A stretch of DNA of 64,000 bases, from NCBI GenBank assembly GCA_044225365.1, contig JBGAIQ010000019.1, positions 45,754 through 109,753 on the forward strand. Reading direction: 5' to 3'. This DNA comes from Planctomycetota bacterium (GTDB lineage: Bacteria; Planctomycetota; B15-G4; JADJEK01). The position numbers were made by a program, and so were the translations under genes. Below, one piece after another: positions 9,812 through 19,886 of the stretch. The notes under the pieces were generated by a model that saw nothing but the letters and a program-made list of their open reading frames with translations, was not told the origin of the DNA and ran no database searches. Numbering within the stretch: the first letter of the stretch is position 1; each line of letters begins with the position of its first letter.

Positions 9812-9861
9812 GAACGGTTCCTCGCTTCGAAGGTGTGAGAAGCTACCCGAGGAACGGTTCG
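9811..9861 (-). promoter_or_regulatory. 14-bp inverted repeat covering the RBS and first base of the start codon
   Basis: Arms at 9811-9824 and 9848-9861, one mismatch. Confidence 0.45.
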
Positions 9862-9968
9862 GAACGCTCGAGATTCAGCCCTGGAGCGGCCGCGCGTTTC
9901 GGATCCAGAAGGGGCGCGGTATCCTCCGCCAGGACGCTTCGGTTTCCCCGTGCCCTGCGGAGTCCTCG

Positions 9969-11276
9969 ATGATCGCGCTCCTTCCATTCTTCTCGTTCCT
10001 TTTTCCCGCCTCGGGAGTGCTCGCCGCAGCGCAAGAGCAAGCGGGCGACGTCGTCGGCACCGGCTCCTTCGAGCTGAACAGCCACCTCGCGCGCGGCGAT
10101 TTCTATCGCGACAACTTCCTCGGCTTCACGCCCGCGACGATCGCGCTCTCGAAGGACAAACCCTCGAGCGTCGCGAAGATCCCCGCCGTCGCAGATTCCG
10201 CGCTCTACGGGACCGTGGTGTTCGGGAACGGCCCGCATGCGGCGACGAACGTCCTCGTCGACGACGCCGCGAAGAAGATCTTCATCGATGCCAATCAAGA
10301 TGGCGATCTCTCGAACGATCCAGAGGTGAAGTGGAGCAAGGTCGACAAGAACGAGCGCGGCGAGTTCCTCTCCGGTGAGTTCGAGTTCCTCGCCTCGTGG
10401 AAACTCTCGGACGGGAAGTTCACGGCGGGGAGGTACGAGATCGCGATGTACCGCGGCGCGGGCGACGCCCGCGCGTTCTACTACCCGTTGAGCGGACTCT
10501 CGGGGAAGGTGACGATCGAGGGCAAGACGTATTCAGCGGCGATGATCGACGTCGGAGGTCCGACCGGGGGACACGCCTTGTTCGGTTCGCCCGGGGCCGA
10601 TGGCGCGGCGACGGCGGCGCCCACATTGCTCATCGACCTCGACGCCGATGGCACGTTTCGTTCCCTCGGCCACGGCGAGGCGTTCGGCACGGACGGTGAA
10701 CGCGCGTCTCCGATCGGTGAGGCCTGGTACCTGTTCTCGGCGTCGGACTTCGGAACCCGGCTCGCCGTGAAGAAGGGCGACATCCCCCTCGAGGTGAAGT
10801 ACCGCAAGCCGATGGCGAAGGCGGGCGACGTCGCGCCGGGCTTCGACATGATCGGCGCCGACGGATCGAGATCGAGCCTCGCCGATCGCAAGGGCAAGGT
10901 CGTCCTCGTCGACTTCTGGGCGACGTGGTGCGGCCCGTGCCAGAAAGCGATGCCGATGGTTCAGCAGATGCACGAGAAGACGAAGGACCGAAAGGACTTC
11001 GAGATCATCGGTCTCTGCGTCGGCGACGAGAAGACGGCGTTCGACGAGTGGGTCGTCAAGAACCGCGAGAAGTACACGTTCACGATCGGCTTCGACCCCG
11101 TCGGCAGGAAGGTCGAAGAGAATGCGCAGATGTTCCGCTGGGGCATCTCGGGCATTCCCTTCGGCGCCGTCATCGACAAGGAAGGAAAGGTCGTGGAGAC
11201 CGTCACCGGCTACACGCCGGAGAACGAGAAGAAGATCAAGGACGCGCTGAAGAAGCTCGGTGTCGACGTCGAGTGA
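9969..11276 (+). CDS. Exported TlpA-family thiol-disulfide oxidoreductase with N-terminal extension
   Basis: Signal peptide; LVDFWATWCGPC; GIP cis-Pro loop. Confidence 0.9.
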   Translation: MIALLPFFSFLFPASGVLAAAQEQAGDVVGTGSFELNSHLARGDFYRDNFLGFTPATIALSKDKPSSVAKIPAVADSALYGTVVFGNGPHAATNVLVDDAAKKIFIDANQDGDLSNDPEVKWSKVDKNERGEFLSGEFEFLASWKLSDGKFTAGRYEIAMYRGAGDARAFYYPLSGLSGKVTIEGKTYSAAMIDVGGPTGGHALFGSPGADGAATAAPTLLIDLDADGTFRSLGHGEAFGTDGERASPIGEAWYLFSASDFGTRLAVKKGDIPLEVKYRKPMAKAGDVAPGFDMIGADGSRSSLADRKGKVVLVDFWATWCGPCQKAMPMVQQMHEKTKDRKDFEIIGLCVGDEKTAFDEWVVKNREKYTFTIGFDPVGRKVEENAQMFRWGISGIPFGAVIDKEGKVVETVTGYTPENEKKIKDALKKLGVDVE

Positions 11277-13534
11277 GATTCACTTGGCCGCACCGACACT
11301 CGCCGCCGCAGGCGCCGCTTCCTTCTCGACGGTGGCGCTGCTCGCAGCGGAGGAAGGCTGAGCGCGATCACGCCTTGTCGGCCGGCCATGAGCAGGCGCC
11401 CGACCAGTGTGCGATGCGCTTCGGAATCGAACTCGACGGTCTCAGCAGGCGTGATCGGGTCGGCGCTGCGCGGCAGCTTCGAATCGATCCAACGGTCGCC
11501 GCGCTTGTAGAACGCGCGATCGCCGATCTGCGCGACGCCCTGGATCTCCACGTTCTTGAAGGTCGAGTCGAGCATCCGATTGCGTCGGTTCTGCTGCGAT
11601 TGCGCGGCCTGGCCCCGGGTGTTGATCGCTTGCACGATCGCGCCGCGACCCGTTCGGACGTTCTGCAGTCGACTCGCGATCCTGCGGTTCATCTCGCCGA
11701 CGTTGAGCTTCTCGGCGTCGAGGTTCGTGCCCTCGAGCGCGAGGAAGGCGGTGTACTCCGTCATCACGCCGAACTCGCGGGACAAGCGGTACACCTCGTT
11801 CGCAACCTCGGAGTTCGCTTTCTCGTCGATCTTGGCGTCCTTGCCGACGGCGCCCGCCTGTCGCAGTTGATCGACGAGGAAACCGATTCGCCTGCTCGCC
11901 CACAGGCGCGGCACGTAGGCGCACTCGAGACTCGCTTTCGCCGGGTTCAGCTCGAAACGAAATGCGCGCATCGTTCCGAGGTAGTCGCCGCGGATCTCGA
12001 GGACGAGCGGCTCCTTGCCGCGATAGCGTCCGGTGAGGACGAGTTCGTCGCCGTCGAAGAGGTCGGGCAGTGGCGTCGGCAGTAGATCCACGGCGCGCGC
12101 ATCGGCCGGTTTGCCGCTGGTATCGAGGATCGCGATCTGCGGCGACGCGAGGATCGGATCCTTCAACTTCACGAAGACCTCGGAGACGCGCTTCTCGACC
12201 GCCTCGTTCGGACGCACGTATGCGCTCGTCGCCCGCGATCGCGTCGCAATCACGTCGAGCAGCGGTGCGTTGACGTCGTCGCCGACGCCGAACGTGAAGA
12301 TGCGGCGGCGGAACTTGTTCTCCGTCTCCGCGTCGCCGCGGATCGTCGCTTCGTCGGTGACTCCGATCGTCGGCAATCCGTCGGTGAGGAAGAGGACGAT
12401 CGGGATCATGGCTTCATCGTGCGGTTGCGCGAGTGCGCGCTCGAGCGCGCCGTGCAGGTTCGTGCCGCCGAGCGCCTTCATCGTCTCGATGTAGCCGCGC
12501 GCCCGCAGAACGGCGTCCTTCGTCTTCGCGATCGGCTCGGACTCGAAGCTGCGAACCTGATCCGAGTAGTCGATGATGTTGAAGCGCTCGCCTTCGTCGA
12601 GTCCTTCGAGCACCTGCAGCGCTGCGGCTTTCGCCTGCTCGATCTTTGTCCCGGCCATCGAGCCGGAGGTGTCGAGCACGACCACGACCTCGCGCTTACG
12701 ACTCTTCTCCAACTTCGGATCGCGCTTCACGGGCACTCCGCCGAGCAGCAGGAAGTAGCCGTCGTCGCCTCGGTCCGGGTAGAGGAAGTACGAGCCGTTC
12801 ACTCCGTCGCCCTGCAGCAGGTACGAGAAGTCGATGGGCCCGGGCTCGCGCGCGGCGTCGAGCATGAGGCGGAGGCGCAGCTCGTTCTCCGCGACGCGTA
12901 TCTGTTGGAACGAATGGGTCGGCGAGTACGCAGAAGCGATCGGTTTGCTGGCACGGAGGCGCACCTCGACGCGCCAGGGAATCGCGCACGCGGCGAGCGA
13001 TTCGGAGCGCGGCAGTTCGTAGTCGATGCGGTCGCCGTCACCCTCGAGGAGATGCTCGTAGACGAGGCGAACCGTCTGCGTTCCCTTGCCGGGGACGGGA
13101 AACACCGAGGATCGGACCATTGCGCGGCCCGCGAATTCGAGGATTGCGGGATCCTTGATCTTCGAGACGAGCGACTCGTACGTCCGGCGCGCCTCGTCGA
13201 CGGGCAACACCTTCGCGGTCGGTTCGCTCGACTTGCCGAGGAAGTCGAACGAACGGATCGTGGCGCCGTCGGGGATCGGCATCAGGATCTCGGCCTCTTC
13301 GACAGTCGCCGCGAGGTTGCGCAGGTGGATCGTGAGCGACGTCACCGCGACGCGCTGCATGACGTCGACATCGGCGCCGACGTCGACGATCGCGATCGAG
13401 GTCGCGCCGCCGCCCGTGGCGATCGATCGTGACTGCGGGACGACGACGTTCCGCGCGAACTGCGCGCGAGCGGAGGCCGTGAAGAGGAGTGCGGTCAAGG
13501 CGAGGCAAAGGACGCGACACGCGCTGCGCGACAT
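11210..13534 (-). CDS. Secreted VIT + von Willebrand A domain protein; 3' end probably frameshifted (likely true stop at 11280)
   Basis: Signal peptide, VIT domain, MIDAS DTSGS, FLTDG and FGVG motifs. Confidence 0.85.
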   Translation of the reverse strand: MSRSACRVLCLALTALLFTASARAQFARNVVVPQSRSIATGGGATSIAIVDVGADVDVMQRVAVTSLTIHLRNLAATVEEAEILMPIPDGATIRSFDFLGKSSEPTAKVLPVDEARRTYESLVSKIKDPAILEFAGRAMVRSSVFPVPGKGTQTVRLVYEHLLEGDGDRIDYELPRSESLAACAIPWRVEVRLRASKPIASAYSPTHSFQQIRVAENELRLRLMLDAAREPGPIDFSYLLQGDGVNGSYFLYPDRGDDGYFLLLGGVPVKRDPKLEKSRKREVVVVLDTSGSMAGTKIEQAKAAALQVLEGLDEGERFNIIDYSDQVRSFESEPIAKTKDAVLRARGYIETMKALGGTNLHGALERALAQPHDEAMIPIVLFLTDGLPTIGVTDEATIRGDAETENKFRRRIFTFGVGDDVNAPLLDVIATRSRATSAYVRPNEAVEKRVSEVFVKLKDPILASPQIAILDTSGKPADARAVDLLPTPLPDLFDGDELVLTGRYRGKEPLVLEIRGDYLGTMRAFRFELNPAKASLECAYVPRLWASRRIGFLVDQLRQAGAVGKDAKIDEKANSEVANEVYRLSREFGVMTEYTAFLALEGTNLDAEKLNVGEMNRRIASRLQNVRTGRGAIVQAINTRGQAAQSQQNRRNRMLDSTFKNVEIQGVAQIGDRAFYKRGDRWIDSKLPRSADPITPAETVEFDSEAHRTLVGRLLMAGRQGVIALSLPPLRAAPPSRRKRRLRRRVSVRPSESHSTSTPSFFSASLIFFSFSGV

Positions 13535-13661
13535 GAGGTTCTCCCGTCGAGTTCGAATTCCGACTTGCTCCTACCGTGACGCGGGGAGCGCGGTCTTCTC
13601 GATCGGCAGAACGTAGGTGCGATCCGCGCGCGGCGGAGTAAGCACCGCGTAACGTGCGCGG

Positions 13662-16232
13662 TTACTGCACGTGCATTTCGACGGCGTTCGAAGCGCAGAA
13701 GCCCCAGGGCACGCCGGCGTCCAGCACGATGGCCTGGAAGTCGATGAAGCCGAGCGCCGCAGGCGTAGGGAGTTTTCCAGAGAGCGTGAGTTTGCCGTTG
13801 CCTGCTCCGGTGCCTTGCATGGGCAAGGCGATCGTGACGGGGAACAACGGGCTCGTCAGCAGGAAGCAGCCCATACCGAGCGGAACGTGTGCGTGAGACG
13901 CGCCGAGGACGAGGATCGCGGTCGCGCCGCCGAGGCCCTTCGTGAGCGACGCCTTCACCGTACCGCTACTCGTCGCGGTCCCCGAGAGAGCGAGGTTCGG
14001 CACGAAGCCACCGGAACCCGCGCACCCCGTTCCATAGGACGTGAAGAACCGCGGAAGGAGGTTCTTGTGGAGGACGAGTCGGCTCGGTGCAGCGATGGTG
14101 ATCGCTGCGAGATTCGCGATGTCCATCCGGCCGTCCCGATTGCCATCGTAGGTACAAAGACCTCCCGCGAGTTCGCCGCCGGATGCGAACCACCGTGACT
14201 CGAGCGCGAACTGCGCATGGCCGCACAGCGCATAGAGCGCGTTCGGTCCGCTCGCGACGACGTCGTCGTAGCCGTCGCCATCGGCATCGAGGGCGGCGAT
14301 CGTGTTCGGATGACCCCCTGCGGCGCCGCCGAGGTTTCCATTGAAGACGACCGGTGCGGCGAACGTGCCGAGTCCGAGTGCTCGATGGGCACGCAGTTGG
14401 CTCGAGTTGTTCGTCGTGACGACGTCCAGATTGCCGTCGCCGTCGAGATCCGCGAACGCCACGTCCTGGAGATGAGCGCTTGCTCCGGGATCGATCGATG
14501 CCGAGACGAGGAAACCGCCGTGCCCGTTCCCCGGACATACGAACAAGCGACTGCTCGTGAAGAACGGCGCGCCGTCGGCGACGAGCGCGAGGTCGAGGAT
14601 TCCGTCGTTGTCGACGTCTCCCACCGCCTGTTGACTGAGGCCGTTCGCGGAAAGAGGGCCCGAGGTGCCGCTCACGAGCGTTCCGCTCGCCGTGCCGAGG
14701 AAGGTCACGAAGTTCGTGCCCTGCTCGAACGTCGCGGCGACGTCGTTGCGTCCGTCGCCGTCGAAATCGCCGATCGAGAACGACGAGAGCGAGTTCGAGA
14801 TCGGGACCGTGAAGCCATAGTCGGCCGAAGTCGGGAATCCGCCCGCGCCGTTGCCCTTCATGACCCGCACGACGCTTCCGTTGCCCGCGACGAACGCGCC
14901 GACGATGGCATCGGAAATGCCGTCGCCGGTCACGTCTCCCATCGAGAAGGACGACACCGATCCGGGTCCCTGCGTGACCGCGGGCACGCTCACGTGCGAT
15001 GCGACGCCGCCCGAGCCATCACCGGCGTACACCTCGAGCGATTTGCCCGGGATCGACAGCGCGACGAGATCGGGAGAACCGTTCTGATCGATGTCGGCGC
15101 TCTCGACCGCACTCGCTCCATTGGAATCGAACGTGGGATTGCTCGCGAAGATCGGGACACTGCCCGGGTTCATCAGAGAGACCGCACCGAATGCGGCGCT
15201 GACGGCGAGATCGGTCCAACCGTCCCCGTTCCAGTCGCCCGCTGAGAGGTCCGCAGGCTTCCCCGAGAGGAACGACGTGAGAGCTGGGGCGAAACCGCTT
15301 CCGGTGCCGAGGAACACCTGGAGCGAGCGGTCGACCGTTCCCGCCGTGGCGGCATCGACGAGTCCGTCGCCATTCAGATCGCGGACCACGAGCCCGACGG
15401 GAAGCGATGCCGTCGGTATGCCGAACGCCGGCCCGAACGCTCCGCCGGGCGAACCGAACATCACCTTCAGCGAGGCGGCGGCACTGTCGAGCACGACGGC
15501 ATCGACCCGGGCATCGACATCGAGGTCGAAGAGCGCGAGGCGCGTGCCACTCCCCGGCGAGGTGATCGGCGAGTTGAAGATGCCTCCTCCCGCCCCTGTG
15601 AACGTTGCGAGATTCGGTCCGATGCCGACGATGTCCTCGATTCCATCGCCGTCCTTGTCCGCGACCGCGAAATCGGTGTAGCCGTTCGAACCCGCGAGCA
15701 GGTGGGCGAACGTGACCGAACCCGTTCCATCGTTCTCGCAGATGTTCGCGCTGTTCGTGCCGGTGAGGACGTCCGGGCGTCCGTCACCCGTGACGTCGGC
15801 CACCGCGAAGATCCGCGTGTCGCTCGTTCCGGCAAGAGGAAGGGTCGAATGGATCGTGAAACCACCGCTGCCGTTGCCGAATGCGACGACCAGGGATGTG
15901 AACGTCCTCACGACGAGATCGACGTTCCCGTCGCCATCCATGTCGCCGAACTCGACGCCGCTCGTGAAGGCCGGCATCGCGATGGGTGTGCTCGGTCCGA
16001 ATTTGCCCGTGCCATCGTTCTTGGCGAGCGAGACGAAGGCTTGGCCGCCGGCGCTCGCCCAATCGAGGTCGCCGTCGTGATCGATGTCCGCGACGGCGAG
16101 GCGCGATGCGCTGCCGAGCGGAAAGGTCGGTTGAAGGTACGGGGTCTGCCCGAGGGCGGTGGTGGGCGCGAGAATCGTCGCGATGAGGGTCGTCAAACGA
16201 AGGAATGGCGTGAAGCGCGTTCGCATCGACAT
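13662..16232 (-). CDS. Secreted FG-GAP/VCBS repeat protein with C-terminal beta-rich domain
   Basis: Many DxDGDGxxD repeats; signal peptide; C-terminal YGTGCAGSGG...SNAVEMHVQ. Confidence 0.9.
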   Translation of the reverse strand: MSMRTRFTPFLRLTTLIATILAPTTALGQTPYLQPTFPLGSASRLAVADIDHDGDLDWASAGGQAFVSLAKNDGTGKFGPSTPIAMPAFTSGVEFGDMDGDGNVDLVVRTFTSLVVAFGNGSGGFTIHSTLPLAGTSDTRIFAVADVTGDGRPDVLTGTNSANICENDGTGSVTFAHLLAGSNGYTDFAVADKDGDGIEDIVGIGPNLATFTGAGGGIFNSPITSPGSGTRLALFDLDVDARVDAVVLDSAAASLKVMFGSPGGAFGPAFGIPTASLPVGLVVRDLNGDGLVDAATAGTVDRSLQVFLGTGSGFAPALTSFLSGKPADLSAGDWNGDGWTDLAVSAAFGAVSLMNPGSVPIFASNPTFDSNGASAVESADIDQNGSPDLVALSIPGKSLEVYAGDGSGGVASHVSVPAVTQGPGSVSSFSMGDVTGDGISDAIVGAFVAGNGSVVRVMKGNGAGGFPTSADYGFTVPISNSLSSFSIGDFDGDGRNDVAATFEQGTNFVTFLGTASGTLVSGTSGPLSANGLSQQAVGDVDNDGILDLALVADGAPFFTSSRLFVCPGNGHGGFLVSASIDPGASAHLQDVAFADLDGDGNLDVVTTNNSSQLRAHRALGLGTFAAPVVFNGNLGGAAGGHPNTIAALDADGDGYDDVVASGPNALYALCGHAQFALESRWFASGGELAGGLCTYDGNRDGRMDIANLAAITIAAPSRLVLHKNLLPRFFTSYGTGCAGSGGFVPNLALSGTATSSGTVKASLTKGLGGATAILVLGASHAHVPLGMGCFLLTSPLFPVTIALPMQGTGAGNGKLTLSGKLPTPAALGFIDFQAIVLDAGVPWGFCASNAVEMHVQ

Positions 16233-16343
16233 TTCTCCTGATTCGTCCCGATCCGGAAACGATGCGCGATCAGGAACTGTAACGCGAGAAGATCGAGCGG
16301 GTAACGGAGCAATCCATTTTCGTGGGAGGTCGGCGTCCGACGA

Positions 16344-19300
16344 TCACTCGGCGATGACGTTGCTCCGACCGAGCACCGCACCGAACGCGTCGAGTGCGTC
16401 TTCGTTCATCGCAACCTTGAATTTCGACCCGGCTCGGATCACGTCGGCGCGCCCCGTGCCGGTGTCGAAGCACAGGTAGAGCGGGATCTCGCCGGGGAAC
16501 TTCTTCACCACGGCCTGCACCTTCTCCACGAGCGGGATGTCCGGCGAGCGCAGTCGCAGCACGAGGCGCGTGATCTGTCGCGAGAGCAGGGCCTCGAGGG
16601 ACTCGAACTTCACGATGCGGAGAGACGGCTCCTCGCGCGAACGGTCGACGGTGCCGCGGAACACGCCGATGGCGTCATCGATGAGGGCGTTCTGCGCACG
16701 TTCGTAGTCCTCGGCGAAGCAAACGGCGTCGCAGCTCTCCCCGTCCGCGCCGGTGACCTTCAGCATCGCCATCTTCTTGCCCATCGAACGGCCGCGCTTC
16801 GTGACCACCGTTCGCAATCCCGCGACGGCGCCCGCAAGGCTGACTTCGCTCTTGTCCTCGAGGTTCCGAAGATCCGCGAGGGTGTGAGTGGAGAATCGAC
16901 GCAGGACTCCCGCGTTCTGCCGCAGCGGATTGTCGGAGAGGTAGAAGCCGAGTGCTTCCTTCTCACGCCGCAGCTTCTCGCGCAGCGGCCATTCCTCGAT
17001 CGCGGGAGGACGGTACTCCGGTTTCTCGTCGTCGCCGAGTGCGTCGAAGAGCGACTTCTGCCCGCTCTTCTTGTCGCGCTGCGCGATCTGTCCGATCTTC
17101 TGCAGGGAGTCGAGCGAAGCGGTGAGCGCCGCGCGCGGGAAACCGGTCCAGTCGAACGCGCCCGCGGCGATGAGCCTTTCGCCAGCCGCGCGATTGAGCG
17201 ACGCGGCGTCGACGACCTCGAACATCTCGGCGATCGACTTGAAGGGACGTCCGAGCTTCTTCCGGGCCTCGAGCACGGCTTCGACCGCTTTCTCGCCGAC
17301 GCCCTTGATCGCGCCGAGTCCAAATCGGATCTTCCCTTCCTCGATCGCGAAATCGAGTTGCGAGGCGTTGACGTCGGGACCGAGGACCTTGATGTTCGAG
17401 AGCGCGCATTCGCCGAGATAGAGTCCGACCTTGTCGGTATCGCCTCGGTCGATCGACATACAGGCAGCGAGGAACTGCTCGGGGAAGTTGGCCTTGAGGT
17501 ATGCGGTGCGGTAGGTGACGAGTCCGTAGGCGACGGTATGGCTCTTGTTGAAGCCGTAGCCTGCGAAGAACGCCATCGTCTCCCAGATCTCCGACGCGAG
17601 CTTCTCGTCGCAGCCGCGCGCGGCGGATCCCTTCACGAACTTGCCCTTGAACTTCTCCATCACCTCGGGCTTCTTCTTGCCCATCGCCTTGCGGAGGTTG
17701 TCCGCTTCTTCGAGCGTGAAGCCGGCGAGCACGTTCGAGATGCGCATGATCTGTTCCTGGTAGACCATGACGCCGTAGGTCTCTTTCAAGATGCTCTCGA
17801 GCGAAGGATGCGGGTATTCGATTGGCTCGCGGCCGTGCTTCCTGTTGACGAACGTCTCGACCATTCCCGAGCCGAGCGGGCCCGGTCGATACAACGCGAG
17901 GATCGCGACGATGTCCTCGAACACGTCGGGCTTCATGCCCTTCAGCAGTTCGCGCATGCCCGTGGATTCGAGCTGGAACACGCCCGTCGTCTCACCGCGC
18001 GTCAGCATCTCGTAGGTCTTGCGGTCGTCGAGAGGGGCGGTAGCAGAGTCGACCTCGTGACCCGATTCACGGATGAGTTGTTCGGCGCGCTCGATCACGG
18101 TGAGCGTCTTCAGGCCGAGGAAGTCCATCTTCAGCAGCCCGATCGATTCGAGCTCGGTCATCGCGAACTGGGTGTTCACTTCGCCTTGCACTACGCAGAG
18201 CGGCGCATACTCGATGAGCGGTCGGTCGGTGATCACGACGCCGGCGGCGTGCGTCGACGTGTGTCGGTTGAGGCCTTCGATGGAGAGCGCGATCTTGAAC
18301 AGGTCCTCGAGCTGCTTGTCATCGTCTCGCAGCTTCTTCAGATCCGCATCCTGCTCGATCGCGTCCTTCAGCTTGGTGCCGGGAGTATTCGGGATCTTCT
18401 TGCTGATCTTGTCGACGAGGACCGGATCGATGCCGAGGACGCGGCCCGTGTCGCGAACCGCGGCCTTCGCGGCGAGCGTTCCGAACGTCACGATCTGGCA
18501 CACCGACTCCGTGCCGTACTTCTTGCGCACGTACTCGATGACGTCGCCGCGCTTGTCGCGGCAGAAGTCGATGTCGATGTCGGGCATCGACACGCGGCCG
18601 CGATTCAGGAAGCGTTCGAACAGCAGGTCGTAGCGCAGGGGATCGACGTCGGTGATCCGCAGGCCGTAGGCCACGATCGAGCCCGCTGCCGAGCCGCGGC
18701 CGGGGCCGACCGGGACGCCGTGCGCCTTGCCCCAGTTGATGAAGTCCGCGACGATCAGGAAGTACGCGACGAAGCCCATCTCCTCGATGACTTCCATCTC
18801 GTACGCGAGGCGCTTCTCGATCGCGTCGGTGAGCGGCCCGTAGCGCTCGATGCAGCCTTCGCGACAGAGGCGCCGGAAGTAGACCTTCGGATCCTCGCCC
18901 GTCGGCACCTCGAAGTGCGGCAGGTGGAACTGGTCGAGCTTGAGGTCGACGTTGCAGCGCGACGCAACGGCGTAGGCGTTCTCGCAGAGTCGATCGGCGC
19001 CGCGGAACAGGGTCGCCATCTCCGAGGTCGAGCGGAAGAACTGCTTCTCGGTATCGAGGTGCCAGCGATTCTCGTCGGCGAGCGTTTTGCTCGACGCCAC
19101 GCACATCAACACCTCGCGGGCCGGAGCGTCCTCGGCCCGGAGATAGTGCACGTCGTTCGTGAGCACCGGGATCGCTCCCGTTGCTTCCGCCAGTTCGAGA
19201 AGGCCATCGCGCTGCTTGCGTTGCAAGGGCAGCTCGTTGTCCATCACTTCGAGGTAGTAGTTCTCCTTGCCGAAGATCTCCCGGTGCTCGGCGACGACGC

Positions 19301-19763
19301 GCTCGGCGCCGGCCTTGTCCGCAGCGAGAACCCGGCGCGATAGTTCGCTCTTCATGTCGCCGGAGAGGGCGAGGATTCCCTTCGCGTGCGTCGCGAGCAG
19401 CGACTTCGAGACGCGCGGCTTGAAGTAGAACCCCTCGAGGTAACCCTTCGAGACCAGCTTGATCAAGTTCCCCCAACCCTCGAGGTTTTCGCAGAGCAGT
19501 ACGAGGGGGTAGGTCGGAGACTTCGCATCCTTGGCGGTGTGATCGCCGTCGACGACCAAGACCTCACATCCGAGGATCGGGGTGACGCCCTTGTTCTTCG
19601 CGGCGTTGTAGAACTGGATCGCTCCGAACAGATTTCCGGAGTCGGTGAGCGCGAGACGATCCTGAGAGTGGGCGGCCGCTGCTGCTACGAGATCGGGCAG
19701 CCGCGTCGGGCTCTCGAGGATGCTGAAGTGGCTGTGGACGTGCAGGTGCGCGAAGCGAACCAT
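16344..19763 (-). CDS. dnaE: DNA polymerase III alpha subunit
   Basis: PHP domain HLHVHS, GRGSAAGS, MPDIDIDF and FNKSH motifs. Confidence 0.98.
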   Translation of the reverse strand: MVRFAHLHVHSHFSILESPTRLPDLVAAAAAHSQDRLALTDSGNLFGAIQFYNAAKNKGVTPILGCEVLVVDGDHTAKDAKSPTYPLVLLCENLEGWGNLIKLVSKGYLEGFYFKPRVSKSLLATHAKGILALSGDMKSELSRRVLAADKAGAERVVAEHREIFGKENYYLEVMDNELPLQRKQRDGLLELAEATGAIPVLTNDVHYLRAEDAPAREVLMCVASSKTLADENRWHLDTEKQFFRSTSEMATLFRGADRLCENAYAVASRCNVDLKLDQFHLPHFEVPTGEDPKVYFRRLCREGCIERYGPLTDAIEKRLAYEMEVIEEMGFVAYFLIVADFINWGKAHGVPVGPGRGSAAGSIVAYGLRITDVDPLRYDLLFERFLNRGRVSMPDIDIDFCRDKRGDVIEYVRKKYGTESVCQIVTFGTLAAKAAVRDTGRVLGIDPVLVDKISKKIPNTPGTKLKDAIEQDADLKKLRDDDKQLEDLFKIALSIEGLNRHTSTHAAGVVITDRPLIEYAPLCVVQGEVNTQFAMTELESIGLLKMDFLGLKTLTVIERAEQLIRESGHEVDSATAPLDDRKTYEMLTRGETTGVFQLESTGMRELLKGMKPDVFEDIVAILALYRPGPLGSGMVETFVNRKHGREPIEYPHPSLESILKETYGVMVYQEQIMRISNVLAGFTLEEADNLRKAMGKKKPEVMEKFKGKFVKGSAARGCDEKLASEIWETMAFFAGYGFNKSHTVAYGLVTYRTAYLKANFPEQFLAACMSIDRGDTDKVGLYLGECALSNIKVLGPDVNASQLDFAIEEGKIRFGLGAIKGVGEKAVEAVLEARKKLGRPFKSIAEMFEVVDAASLNRAAGERLIAAGAFDWTGFPRAALTASLDSLQKIGQIAQRDKKSGQKSLFDALGDDEKPEYRPPAIEEWPLREKLRREKEALGFYLSDNPLRQNAGVLRRFSTHTLADLRNLEDKSEVSLAGAVAGLRTVVTKRGRSMGKKMAMLKVTGADGESCDAVCFAEDYERAQNALIDDAIGVFRGTVDRSREEPSLRIVKFESLEALLSRQITRLVLRLRSPDIPLVEKVQAVVKKFPGEIPLYLCFDTGTGRADVIRAGSKFKVAMNEDALDAFGAVLGRSNVIAE

Positions 19764-19886
19764 GGCGGCGACGAAGGGGTGCTGCGAGGCGTGAATCGAC
19801 GACGATGGGAGATGCGACCGCGTCGCGCTCCCGTCTCGCTCTCACCAGGAAAGCGCCGCACTCGCGTTACCTCAATCCCCAAACCC

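Noticed and set aside
16884-19343. 819-aa ORF opposite dnaE
   Set aside because: Antisense shadow typical of high-GC codon bias.
16344-19763. Intein or split gene in dnaE
   Set aside because: Normal length (1139 aa) with contiguous motifs.
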